A stretch of 64,000 bases of DNA from Myxococcota bacterium (GTDB taxonomy: Bacteria; Myxococcota_A; Polyangia; Nannocystales; Nannocystaceae), in contig JBCCHT010000021.1 of NCBI GenBank assembly GCA_039028615.1, forward strand, positions 128,001-192,000, given 5' to 3'. Positions within the stretch are counted from its first letter, which is position 1; the number at the start of each line of letters is the position of its first letter. Below the pieces are notes generated by a model. That model did not search any database. It saw only the letters and a list, made by a program, of their open reading frames with translations, and was not told the DNA's origin. Position numbers and translations under genes: made by a program. This document shows, piece after piece, positions 47,704 to 56,867 of this stretch.

Positions 47704-49455
47704 ATGCACCCCAAGACTCTCGTTCCTCTCTTGGCCCTGGGCTTGCCGCTGGCTTGCCACGGCCCCACCTCGTCATCGAAGCAAGCAGCCCCGGAGGCAG
47801 CACCCGTGCTCGCGGCCGCAGCGGCCGGCACTCGTGCCACCGATCTCGGACCGGGTGAGGGTGACTACCATCCGCTCGCGCAGGCCCGGGCGCGTGGCGA
47901 TCGCATCGACAACCGCGAGGCGCCGATTCCCATCCAGTGCTACACGAAGACGCAGGGACGCTCGAATCCCTGCTGGACCTGTCATACCGACAGCACCTAT
48001 CCCAACCTGCGCAACGACGCCGATCTGCAGCGCGAGTACTCGTTCTCCACCTACGGTGAGCAGAACCGGTGGTCGAATGCGTGGACCGATCACAGTGAGG
48101 CGATCGCGGCCATCTCCGATGCCGATGCGCTCGAGTGGGTGCGCCACGACAACTATGGCGCGGCGCGCCGAGTGCTGGCCGGACAGATGCCACGGTGGGC
48201 CTACGGCTGGGATCTCGATTTTCACGGCGGCTTCGACGACGAGGGCTTCGCCCGAGACGGCAGCGGCTGGCGAGCGTTTCGCTACAAGCCCTTTCCCGGC
48301 GCGTTCTGGCCCACCAACGGCAGCACGGACGACGTGCTGATCCGATTGCCCGCGAGGTTCCGTCAGCGCGACGGCGTCGAGTCCCCGATCGTGTACAAGG
48401 CCAACCTCGCGCTGCTCGAGGCCAGCGTTGCCGCCGATCCGAACGTCGAAGACGCGCAGATCCTGTGGCCCACCGAGGCGCTGGACGAGCGCCTGGTGGG
48501 GTTGGATCTCGACGCCGATGGCGACCTCGGGGCCGAGGCTCGGGCGCTGCGAGGGCTACCCAGCACGTTCGTGGGAGACGCCCGCGACGTGGACCTGGAG
48601 CGGGGCGTATTCCCCGAGGGCACGGAGTTCCTGCACTCGGTGCGCTATCTCGATCCCGACGCGCCCGGGTTGATCTCGGTGCGCATGAAGGAACTCCGCT
48701 ATCTGCGACGGGAGCAGCAGGTCCCGCGTCGTCGCTACTTCTCCAAGTACGAGCAGGAGGCCAACGACAAGGACAAAGGCATCTTGCCGCGCTACCAGGG
48801 CGACTCGGAGACGGGCCTGCTGAGCACCTTCGGCTGGCGCGTGCAGGGCTACATCGAGGACGCGCAGGGGCGGCTACGGCTGCAGACCCGTGAGGAGCAC
48901 TATGCGTGCATGGGCTGCCACTTCGGCATCGGGGTGACGGCAGACGGGACCTTCTCGTTTGCGCGCAAGGTCCCGGGCGCGGCGGGGTGGGGCTACCAGG
49001 CCATCGACGACCTGCCCGACGTGCCGCAGCTGGGGCACGCGGAGCCCGAAGTGCTGACCTACCTGCGCCGCGTGGGCGGTGGCGACGAGCTGCGCAGCAA
49101 CGACGAGATGCTCGCTCGGTTCTTCCCCCAGGGGAAGCTCGACGAGACGCGAGTGCGGCGGGCGGCCCCCGGCGGCCCGGATCGCCTGCCCGATCTCGTC
49201 GCGCCCAGCCGGGAGCGCGCCCTGTTGCTCGACAAGGCCTATATGGCCCTCGTGTCGGAGCAGTCCTTCGAGCGAGGGCGCGACACGATCATCAGCCCAC
49301 CGGACAACGTCCATCGTCGGATCGAGGAGACGTCCACGGGCCTGGCCGAGAACGGTCGTGATGTGCATGACGGGACGATTCGGCTCGACTGGACCAAGAC
49401 CGAACTTTGGTGCGCTGCGGCGGCCTCGCTCGGTCTGGAGCCTTGCCCACGATGA
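47704..49455 (+). CDS. Diheme c-type cytochrome lipoprotein of unknown function
   Basis: Lipobox PLA-C; CWTCH and CMGCH heme-binding motifs. Confidence 0.85.
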   Translation: MHPKTLVPLLALGLPLACHGPTSSSKQAAPEAAPVLAAAAAGTRATDLGPGEGDYHPLAQARARGDRIDNREAPIPIQCYTKTQGRSNPCWTCHTDSTYPNLRNDADLQREYSFSTYGEQNRWSNAWTDHSEAIAAISDADALEWVRHDNYGAARRVLAGQMPRWAYGWDLDFHGGFDDEGFARDGSGWRAFRYKPFPGAFWPTNGSTDDVLIRLPARFRQRDGVESPIVYKANLALLEASVAADPNVEDAQILWPTEALDERLVGLDLDADGDLGAEARALRGLPSTFVGDARDVDLERGVFPEGTEFLHSVRYLDPDAPGLISVRMKELRYLRREQQVPRRRYFSKYEQEANDKDKGILPRYQGDSETGLLSTFGWRVQGYIEDAQGRLRLQTREEHYACMGCHFGIGVTADGTFSFARKVPGAAGWGYQAIDDLPDVPQLGHAEPEVLTYLRRVGGGDELRSNDEMLARFFPQGKLDETRVRRAAPGGPDRLPDLVAPSRERALLLDKAYMALVSEQSFERGRDTIISPPDNVHRRIEETSTGLAENGRDVHDGTIRLDWTKTELWCAAAASLGLEPCPR

Positions 49456-49555
49456 GCCTTCCGGGCCGAGGTCTCGACGCAGTCGTGACCTCGGCGTCTC
49501 CAGAGTTTGCGTGGGTGTGATCGGGCTGGCACCCGGGCCTGCGAGCCTGCCGAGC

Positions 49556-50107
49556 GTGAACATCCAAGTCCGCAACGTCGAGAGTGCCGACTTCGACGTC
49601 ATCATGCAGCTGGAAGAGTCGATCTTCGGGGCCGATGGGGGGACCCTGCTCGGCCCCTACTACGTGCGACTGTGCTGCGACTTCTTCAATGACCACTGCT
49701 TCCTCGCGCTGGTCTACGAGGAGCCCGTCGGATACCTGCTGAGCTTCGTTCGGGACCGAGACGCGTACTGCACCACCTTGGCGGTGGTGCCCGAGCACCA
49801 GGGCCGTCGCGTGGTCCATCGCCTGATTCGCGCCTACGTGCCCCGGATCATCGAGAAGGTCGACCGCTGCTGGTTCACCGTGGACGAGGGCAACAAGGCC
49901 GCTCGCGATCTACACGCGGCCTTGGGTGCCCACGAAGTCGGCGTTCGGCCGGACTTCTACGGCCCCGGTGACGAGCGAATCGTGTCGTGCATCGACGCCG
50001 AGGCGGTCGCGCGCCTGCGGGGTCGCTACGAGCGACTGGGGTTGCTCTCGTCGACGCCGAGCCCGACGCGGGAGGTCATCCCGCTGGCGCAAGGGTTGAT
50101 GCAATGA
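49556..50107 (+). CDS. GNAT family N-acetyl/acyltransferase
   Basis: LAVVPEHQGRR (motif A), TVDEGNKAA, FYGPGDER; GTG start inside ORF 49079..50107. Confidence 0.85.
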   Translation: MNIQVRNVESADFDVIMQLEESIFGADGGTLLGPYYVRLCCDFFNDHCFLALVYEEPVGYLLSFVRDRDAYCTTLAVVPEHQGRRVVHRLIRAYVPRIIEKVDRCWFTVDEGNKAARDLHAALGAHEVGVRPDFYGPGDERIVSCIDAEAVARLRGRYERLGLLSSTPSPTREVIPLAQGLMQ

Positions 50108-50925
50108 GCCTCGCGGTCGTTCCAGGCGGCGCGCGGCCTCGACGGGGACCACGCTCGGTGATGTTCGAGGCCCCTCGGGCCGCGACTCGCTCGGGCCTCC
50201 GGGTGGCTCGCACCTCGTTGTTCCTGCTCGAGACGCTCGGCTGGGTTCGGGAGCGCCATCGTTTTCCCACCACCGAGATCACCTCCGACTTGCCTCGTCG
50301 CGCTCGGGACATGCAGTGGATCGCAGAGAACATCTGCGCGATGCATGGGGTCTCGGTCGACGTGAGCGGGCCGGTTCCGCAGGAGCCCTGCTTGCTCGCG
50401 GCCAATCACCTGGGCTACCTCGATCCGCTGGCCATCGCGACCACGCTGCCCTGTGTGGCGATCGCCAAGCAAGAGGTCTCCCAGTGGCCGATCTTCGGCG
50501 AAGCCATGCTGCGCCTGGGCAACCTCTTCGTCACTCGTGGCTGTGCCCACAGCGGGGCCCGGGTGCTGCTGCGCTCGCGGCACTCGCTGGCGCGTGGCGT
50601 CAGCGTCTTGACCTTCCCCGAGGGCACGACGTCGGTGGGCGACGAAGTCCTGCCGCTGCAACGGGGCATCTTCGCGCTGGCCAAGATCGCGAACGTACCC
50701 GTCGTCCCCGTGGCGGTCCGGCACTGCCCCCGAGAATCCGCCTGGGTCGGTGATCAGAATTTCGTGCCTCACTACCTTCGGACCGCAGCGCGGACCACCA
50801 CACGCGTGGAGCTGCGTTTCGACGTTCCGCTCGACCCCTCGGCAGCGAAGACGGCCGAGGGCCTCGCGAACTTGGCTCGGGTCCGCCTGCGGGCACGCCT
50901 TCGCGACCTCCGAGTTGTGTCATGA
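50104..50925 (+). CDS. Lysophospholipid acyltransferase (PlsC/OlsA family)
   Basis: NHLGYLD (HxxxxD), AKQEVSQWP, FPEGTT; ATGA overlap with the GNAT gene. Confidence 0.92.
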   Translation: MSLAVVPGGARPRRGPRSVMFEAPRAATRSGLRVARTSLFLLETLGWVRERHRFPTTEITSDLPRRARDMQWIAENICAMHGVSVDVSGPVPQEPCLLAANHLGYLDPLAIATTLPCVAIAKQEVSQWPIFGEAMLRLGNLFVTRGCAHSGARVLLRSRHSLARGVSVLTFPEGTTSVGDEVLPLQRGIFALAKIANVPVVPVAVRHCPRESAWVGDQNFVPHYLRTAARTTTRVELRFDVPLDPSAAKTAEGLANLARVRLRARLRDLRVVS

Positions 50926-51860
50926 ACACCCAACAGAGTTTTCCTCAGTACATCGAACAGGGGCAGACCCCGTTCTTTCGCCTGCCCACGTCGGCACCCG
51001 ACGCGGCGGAGGAGCGACCCGACTGCGTGCTGCTCGGGGTGACCTACGACGGCGGGACCACGTACATGCCGGGGGCACGCCTGGCGCCCTACCACGTGCG
51101 TCGAGTCAGCGCGTTGGTGCAGTCCTATCACCCGGCGCACGGGGTCGACGTGTTCTCCGAGCTGCGGGCCGTCGACGGCGGCAACATCATGGTGCCGCCC
51201 TTCAATGCGGGCGCGATGCGGGAGATGGTCCAACAGCGGGTCGCGGCTGTGCTCGGGTCCGGGGCGGTACCCGTGCTCGTGGGGGGTGACCACTCCATCA
51301 CTCTGCCGGCTCTGCGTGCGGTCGCGGCCGAGCACGGCCCGCTGGCGATCGTGCACGTCGATGCTCACTTCGACACCAGCGACGGCGAGCTGTGGGGCGA
51401 GGCCTATCACCACGGCACGCCCATTCGTCACGCGCTGCTCGAAGGACTCGTCGCCGATCGTCAGCTGTACCAGATCGGCCTCCGAGGCCCCTGGCGTGAT
51501 GCTTACGAGGCAGACCTGGTACAGGAGCGAGGTGGGCACCGGTACTCGGCCGATCGCGTCGAGAGGGTCGGCGTCGCGTCGATCATGTCCGAGATTCGAG
51601 CCGGAATCGGCGATCGTCCGACCTACCTGAGCTTCGACATCGATGCGGTCGACCCCGCGTTTGCCCCCGGCACGGGTACGCCGGTCCCGGGCGGGCTGAC
51701 CTCCCGCGAGGCCTTGCGATTGGTGCGAGCCACCGCGGGGCTGAACCTGGTGGGCATGGACTTGGTCGAGGTCGCGCCCGCCATGGACCACGCGGACCTC
51801 ACCTCGATGCTCGCGGCCCACCTGGTCTACGAAGGCTTGGCTGCGCTCGCGTGTCGTTGA
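50922..51860 (+). CDS. speB: Agmatinase (ureohydrolase family)
   Basis: GGDHSIT, HVDAHFD, HGTP, SFDIDAVDPAFAPGTGTP. Confidence 0.9.
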   Translation: MNTQQSFPQYIEQGQTPFFRLPTSAPDAAEERPDCVLLGVTYDGGTTYMPGARLAPYHVRRVSALVQSYHPAHGVDVFSELRAVDGGNIMVPPFNAGAMREMVQQRVAAVLGSGAVPVLVGGDHSITLPALRAVAAEHGPLAIVHVDAHFDTSDGELWGEAYHHGTPIRHALLEGLVADRQLYQIGLRGPWRDAYEADLVQERGGHRYSADRVERVGVASIMSEIRAGIGDRPTYLSFDIDAVDPAFAPGTGTPVPGGLTSREALRLVRATAGLNLVGMDLVEVAPAMDHADLTSMLAAHLVYEGLAALACR

Positions 51861-52894
51861 GGCTGTTGCTCGAGGCTGGAGCTGCGCCGTTGCCCGAGCT
51901 GACCGTGCTCGAGGCTCTGCTGACGCGGCTCGGTGACGATGCTCGGGTTCGGGTCTTGGCCGAAGTCGAGGATGGATCGTCGCGCTATCCAGTCCACGGC
52001 ATCGTGCTCGGCCCCGATCGCCCGGGCCTGCCCACGCTCGGGATCGTGGGCGGGGTGCATGGACTCGAGCGCGTCGGGACCCAGGTGGTGCTGTCGTATC
52101 TCACCACGCTGGTGCAGCTGCTCCAGTGGGACACGCTCTTGCGGACGAGCCTGGAGCGCACACGCATCGTGCTGGTGCCGCTGGTCAACCCGGGCGGCAT
52201 GGCTCGGCGGCGACGCTCCAATCCCGATGGTGTCGATCTCATGCGCAACGCGCCCCCACGGATCGGCGGCCGAGGAAGCTTCGGAGTCGGCGGGCAGCGG
52301 TGGTCGTCGTTGTTGCCTTGGTACATGGGGGCGAGCGGGGAGCCGATGGTCACGGAGGCGCAGGCGCTGTGCGATTTCATGCGAGCGGAGGTCTTCGATG
52401 GCTCCCCGTCGATCGTGCTCGACGTGCACTCGGGCTTCGGGATGGCCGATCGGCTGTGGTTTCCCTACGCCTACACGCGTCGCCCCTTCCCGCGGTTGGC
52501 CGAGGTCTACGGGCTCGGGTGCTTGCTCGACCGCACGCTGCCCAACCACGTCTACCGGCTCGAGCCGCAGGCCAAGGCGTATACGATCGAAGGGGATCTG
52601 TGGGACTTCATGCTCGACGAGCACGAGCGGTCGCACCCGGATCGAGTGTTGATCCCGTTGACGCTGGAGATGGGCTCATGGCGATGGGTTCGCAAGAACC
52701 CGCGGCAGCTGGTCGATGCGCTCGGCATCTTCAACCCCATGCAGCCCCACCGTCTGCAGAGAATCCTGCGTCGCCATCTGCTCTTGCTCGACTTTCTGCA
52801 TCGAGCGAGTGCGGCCGCGGACGCGTGGTGCCCTCGCGACGATCGAGAGCGAGCTCGTCGCTACGACGCCGCCTTTGCTCGGTGGTACGGATGA
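51851..52894 (+). CDS. M14-family zinc carboxypeptidase
   Basis: GGVHGLE (HxxE), RSNPDGVDLMRN, LDVHSG, LTLEMG; start approximate. Confidence 0.88.
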   Translation: MSLRLLLEAGAAPLPELTVLEALLTRLGDDARVRVLAEVEDGSSRYPVHGIVLGPDRPGLPTLGIVGGVHGLERVGTQVVLSYLTTLVQLLQWDTLLRTSLERTRIVLVPLVNPGGMARRRRSNPDGVDLMRNAPPRIGGRGSFGVGGQRWSSLLPWYMGASGEPMVTEAQALCDFMRAEVFDGSPSIVLDVHSGFGMADRLWFPYAYTRRPFPRLAEVYGLGCLLDRTLPNHVYRLEPQAKAYTIEGDLWDFMLDEHERSHPDRVLIPLTLEMGSWRWVRKNPRQLVDALGIFNPMQPHRLQRILRRHLLLLDFLHRASAAADAWCPRDDRERARRYDAAFARWYG

Positions 52895-53030
52895 TCGGGG
52901 CTCGCGCGCGCTGCACGGGCACGCCCGACCCGAACCCTTCCGAAAGGGCTCAGAGCGTTGTTCCGCTCCCCGCGGTAGCAAGTCGGCTCGCCAACTGGAC
53001 CCGAGCGATTTTGCCGGCATCATGGAGGGG

Positions 53031-55109
53031 ATGGCGCAAGGCACGGGCTCAGGAGACGGCGATTCACCGTCACCGCCCGGTCTTCGCACGGCGCCCGCTG
53101 CCAGTCGAAGTGTCGTGCGGGGGTTCGACGACGACGACTTTCTCAGCGCAGTCGAGGAGGCCTCGCGGGTCGGGCCACTGCCGACCGCGCCCGATGAAGA
53201 TGCCGCGAAGGCCGAACCCGAACCCAAGACCAAGCCGGCCGAGGCTCGGACGAGGTCGGGGAAAAAGGCGAGCGGGGGGAAGCTGCCCGCCATTCCGAAG
53301 ATGCCGCCCGCCATCGGACTGCCGTCGGCGAAGCCGGGCGCGGTAGCCGAAGGGGCGCGGGCGCGACGACGGACACCCGCTCCACCTCCGATCGGCGGGG
53401 CGAACGAAGAGCCGCGAGCACGCGTGAGCACGCCGGCTCCGCCTCCGATCGCGGGAGGGGACGAGCCGCGGGCACGCAAGCGAACGCCGGCTCCGCCTCC
53501 GATCGGTGGAGGGAAGGACGGTGCACGAGCTCGATCGAGCACACCGCCTCCGCCTGCGAGCGCGCCGCGGGCACGAGCGGCAACGCCAGCGCCTCCCGCG
53601 ATGCCCCCAGCGGAAAAGAAGCCGCGGGCACGAGCCGCGACGCCAGCTCCACCGTCGACGAGCGCCGCGGAGAAGAAACCGCGAGCACGCGCCGCGACGC
53701 CAGCTCCACCGTCGACGAGCGCCGCGGAGAAAAAACCGCGAGCACGCGCCGCGACGCCAGCTCCACCGTCGACGAGCGCCGCGGAGAAGAAACCGCGAGC
53801 ACGCGCCGCGACGCCGACCCCCGCGGCCAGTGCCGAGAAAAAACGCCCACGGACGAGCACGCCCGCGCCTTCGTCCTCGGACCGTGCGAAGCGTGCACGA
53901 GCGAACACTCCGGCCCCCGGTCGCACGGTGGTGCCCACGGCCGTCGTTCAGCCCAAGCCCGCGTCGAAGACGGTCGTTCCCTCGTCTTCGCCGCCGAAGC
54001 CGGCATCGACCGCCACTACGGAGACCGTCGTGGCGGCGACCGTGCCTCGCCCTCCGCCGGGAGCCGAGCCGATCGCGTCCGCATCGACGACGGTCCCTGC
54101 ACCCGGCAGACCGACCACGCCCGTCGCTCCGGTCGCTGCCCCATCGTCGACGACGGCCCCTGCACCCGGCAGACCGACCACGCCCGTCGCTCCGGTCGCT
54201 GCCCCATCGTCGACGACGGTCCCGGCACCCAGTCAGCCCACGGCTCCGGCCGCGTCAGCGCCGGCTCCGTCGACGACCACGGTGGCGGTCCCCACCGTTC
54301 CGCTCGCGTCCCCGGATGCGCTCGCACCAGCTCCGTCGACCACCGTGCCCGCCGCCATCGTGCCGGCCACCCCCGCTGCCGCCCCGATCTCATCGTCCGC
54401 CGATCCTGCCCCGCTCGCCGCGGTCGATCCGGCGACGGGCGACCTCGACGACTACGAAGGGTCCATGGCGAAACGACGCCGTGCCGTGGTGTGGATCGGC
54501 GCGGCCGCAGCGTTACTGCTCACGGTGGGCTTCACCGTGTGGATGTTCTCGGGCGACGACCCGGAGACGTCGCCCGCGGACGACGTGGGTACGCTGGCGC
54601 TGAAGTCCGAGCCCGAGGCTCCCGAACCCGCCGTCGTGGAAGAGGAGCCCGAGCTTCCGGTCGAGCCCGCGCCCGAGCCGGAACCGGAGCCGATTCCCGA
54701 GATCGTGGCGGAGCCCGAAGAGCCCGAGGTGATCGAAGAGCCCGCACCCCGTCGCCGACGATCTCGGAGTGCCGAGCCGGAGCCGGAACCTGAGCCCGAA
54801 TACGAGCCAGAGCCCGAGCCGGAACCCGAACCCGAACCCGCGCCGCCTCCCAAGGAGCCCTCGGCGTCCGAGCTGGTCAAGGAGGCGGGAGCGGCCCTGG
54901 CCCGTGGCAACGCCAAGGAAGCCTATCGCCTCGCTTCGCGGAGCCACCGCAAACGACCCAGCGAGGAAGCGGCGGCGCTCATGGGGCGGGCGGCCTGCCG
55001 CTCGGGCAACAAGGAAGCGGCCAAGTCGGCGCTCAAGCTGCTGCCCTTCGGCCAGCGCGGCTCCATTCGAAGCGACTGTCGGCGCAACGGCGCGCGCATC
55101 GGCCTCTGA
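53031..55109 (+). CDS. Pro/Ala-rich low-complexity single-pass membrane protein with C-terminal TPR-like helices
   Basis: GGAGGG RBS before ATG 53031; TM VVWIGAAAALLLTVGFTVWMF; EP repeats. Confidence 0.8.
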   Translation: MAQGTGSGDGDSPSPPGLRTAPAASRSVVRGFDDDDFLSAVEEASRVGPLPTAPDEDAAKAEPEPKTKPAEARTRSGKKASGGKLPAIPKMPPAIGLPSAKPGAVAEGARARRRTPAPPPIGGANEEPRARVSTPAPPPIAGGDEPRARKRTPAPPPIGGGKDGARARSSTPPPPASAPRARAATPAPPAMPPAEKKPRARAATPAPPSTSAAEKKPRARAATPAPPSTSAAEKKPRARAATPAPPSTSAAEKKPRARAATPTPAASAEKKRPRTSTPAPSSSDRAKRARANTPAPGRTVVPTAVVQPKPASKTVVPSSSPPKPASTATTETVVAATVPRPPPGAEPIASASTTVPAPGRPTTPVAPVAAPSSTTAPAPGRPTTPVAPVAAPSSTTVPAPSQPTAPAASAPAPSTTTVAVPTVPLASPDALAPAPSTTVPAAIVPATPAAAPISSSADPAPLAAVDPATGDLDDYEGSMAKRRRAVVWIGAAAALLLTVGFTVWMFSGDDPETSPADDVGTLALKSEPEAPEPAVVEEEPELPVEPAPEPEPEPIPEIVAEPEEPEVIEEPAPRRRRSRSAEPEPEPEPEYEPEPEPEPEPEPAPPPKEPSASELVKEAGAALARGNAKEAYRLASRSHRKRPSEEAAALMGRAACRSGNKEAAKSALKLLPFGQRGSIRSDCRRNGARIGL
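53610..53820 (+). repeat. 57-bp in-frame tandem repeat (about 3.5 copies; AEKKPRARAATPAPPSTSA)
   Basis: Near-identical units GCGGAGAAGAAACCGCGAGCACGCGCCGCGACGCCAGCTCCACCGTCGACGAGCGCC. Confidence 0.9.
54083..54230 (+). repeat. 60-bp in-frame tandem repeat (about 2.4 copies; PAPGRPTTPVAPVAAPSSTT)
   Basis: Repeated CCTGCACCCGGCAGACCGACCACGCCCGTCGCTCCGGTCGCTGCCCCATCGTCGACGACG. Confidence 0.85.
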
Positions 55110-55115
55110 CCGTGG

Positions 55116-55721
55116 TCAGGGCACGAGCAGCCGCGCGACGAACTCGGCGTGGCGTTCGATGGTCTCGTCGGCCTGCGGATCGACCCCGGTGAGCTGCTCG
55201 CACTCGGCTCCGACCACGAACATCAACGAGGCCGCGCCCGCGAGCGTGTAGTAGTAGTGCGTGGCCATCGTGCGGTCGCCACCGAAGCCCATGGTGTCGC
55301 CCAGCTCGAGGAAGCGCTCGTAGGCCGGCCGCAGGTGGGTCTCGACCAGCCACCGCAGTCGCTCGTCGTCAACCTTGCCTTCGTCGAGCATCAGGCGAAA
55401 GAGGGTGGGGTTGTGGGCGGCGAAGCGCACGAACTCACGGGTGAGCGCGCGTGCCTGCTGTCGCGGGGGCGCGTCGACGATGGCACGACGTCGGTGGTCG
55501 AGGGCCTCGGTGAGCGCATCGAAGACCCCGCTCATCGCCTCGCGCCACAGCGCATCCTTCGTCCCGAAGTGATGCGTGATGAGCCCCTGGTTCACCCCCG
55601 CGCGCGACGCAATCTCCCGCGTGCTCGCCCCGTGGAATCCTCGCTCGGAAAAGGTCTCGGTCGCCGCTTCGACAATCCGCTGCCGGGTGTGGGCCCGTTG
55701 CTCCGCGCGAGTGACCATCAT
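55116..55721 (-). CDS. TetR/AcrR family transcriptional regulator
   Basis: TRQRIVEAATETFSERGFHGASTREIASRAGVNQGLITHHFGTKDALW. Confidence 0.95.
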   Translation of the reverse strand: MMVTRAEQRAHTRQRIVEAATETFSERGFHGASTREIASRAGVNQGLITHHFGTKDALWREAMSGVFDALTEALDHRRRAIVDAPPRQQARALTREFVRFAAHNPTLFRLMLDEGKVDDERLRWLVETHLRPAYERFLELGDTMGFGGDRTMATHYYYTLAGAASLMFVVGAECEQLTGVDPQADETIERHAEFVARLLVP

Positions 55722-55728
55722 CTCTTTG

Positions 55729-55791
55729 TTATTCGATTGACAAGCGAATGGCTACTGATATCTTTGGATTTGTCGCTGTTCGATCGAATAA
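55729..55791. promoter_or_regulatory. Promoter/operator region between tetR and the AhpD-like gene
   Basis: TTGACA (55737) with extended -10 TGnTATCTT (55756-55764); inverted TTATTCGAT (55729) / ATCGAATAA (55783). Confidence 0.55.
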
Positions 55792-55806
55792 GGAACGAGA
55801 AGCCAC

Positions 55807-56811
55807 ATGCGTATCGATCTCTCCTCGGGTGGGCGCCGGCCATGGTTCATCGGCGTCGTGCTGTCCCTGGCGCGCTGGTGGATGGGGGTCGACTCGGGGC
55901 CCCCCACGGCGATCTCCTATCGGCCGGACTTGTTCGGCCGCGACGCGATTCGCTACCTGCAATCGGCTCATGCCTCGCCCGGTTGGAGCCGGGGCGAGCT
56001 CGAGATGTTCAGCGCGTTCGTCTCGAAGCTCAACAGCTGCTCGTTTTGAACGGGTGCTCATGCCGCGGTCGCGGCACTCAACATCGATCAAAATCTCGTC
56101 GACGCGGTGGTCGAAGACTGGACCACCGCGCCGGTCACCCCCCGGATCCGCGCGGCGCTGGGCCTGCTGGAGCTGATGACCGTGCACCCCTTGGATCTCG
56201 ACGAAGCCCGCCTGGCCGAGCTTTGTGCGCAAGGGGAGCTCGACTCGGCCGCCGTCTACGGGGTGGCGGCGATCGGCTTCCACTTCAATTTGATGAATCG
56301 ACTCGCCGACGCGTTCGATTTCCAGGTGCCCGATGCAAAGCAGAGGGCACGGATGGCCCGGCTGCTGAACATCAACGGCCTCCACGCGGGCCGCTTCCGG
56401 GTCGCCAACGAATACGTCACGGGGCGAGATGGTCGTCAGCGGCCGCCGCAGCTGGAGCAGCTCCGCGAGGACTTGCTGAGCAAACCCGGCCTCACCGAGC
56501 CCGACGTGCGACGCCAGGCCGACCACTTCGTCCGCGAGCAGTGGGGCGTGGTCGAGCCGGGGACGGCCACCGTGGACGCCGAGGTTGCGCCGTACCTGAA
56601 GAAGCTGGCGCTGCACGCCTATCGCATCATGGACGAGGACATGGAGGCGTTGCGCGAACACGGGCTGAGCGACGAAGCCATCTACGAGCTCACGGTCACG
56701 GGTGCAGTGTCGGTCGCGTGCATCGGGACCGAGCAGGTGATGGCTGCGCTCGAGCACCGAGCACGACGTGAAGGCCAACCAGCTGCGCCTTCTGCAGTGT
56801 CTCGGCACTGA
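55807..56811 (+). CDS. AhpD/CMD-like peroxidase, selenoprotein (in-frame UGA = Sec at 56047-56049)
   Basis: ORFs 55807..56049 and 56107..56811 are in the same frame. Read-through gives ELEMFSAFVSKLNSCSF-U-TGAH, the AhpD E..S..N.CxxC..H motif with Sec. A hairpin follows the UGA. Confidence 0.82.
56050..56079 (+). promoter_or_regulatory. Bacterial SECIS-like element
   Basis: 11 nt after the UGA comes stem-loop TGCCGC-GGTC-GCGGCA (56061-56076) with a G-starting apical loop. Confidence 0.7.
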
Positions 56812-56867
56812 ACGATCCGGCACCGGTCTGCGGATCGGCGTGGTACGATCGGCCGAGGATTGGACTC

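Noticed and set aside
53610..54230. Tandem repeats as a possible CRISPR array
   Set aside because: No unique spacers, unit lengths are multiples of 3 inside a coding frame, and no cas genes are present.
55807..56811. Pseudogene or two separate small genes
   Set aside because: The stop is UGA exactly at the redox Cys position and is followed by a SECIS-like hairpin, so Sec read-through explains it better.
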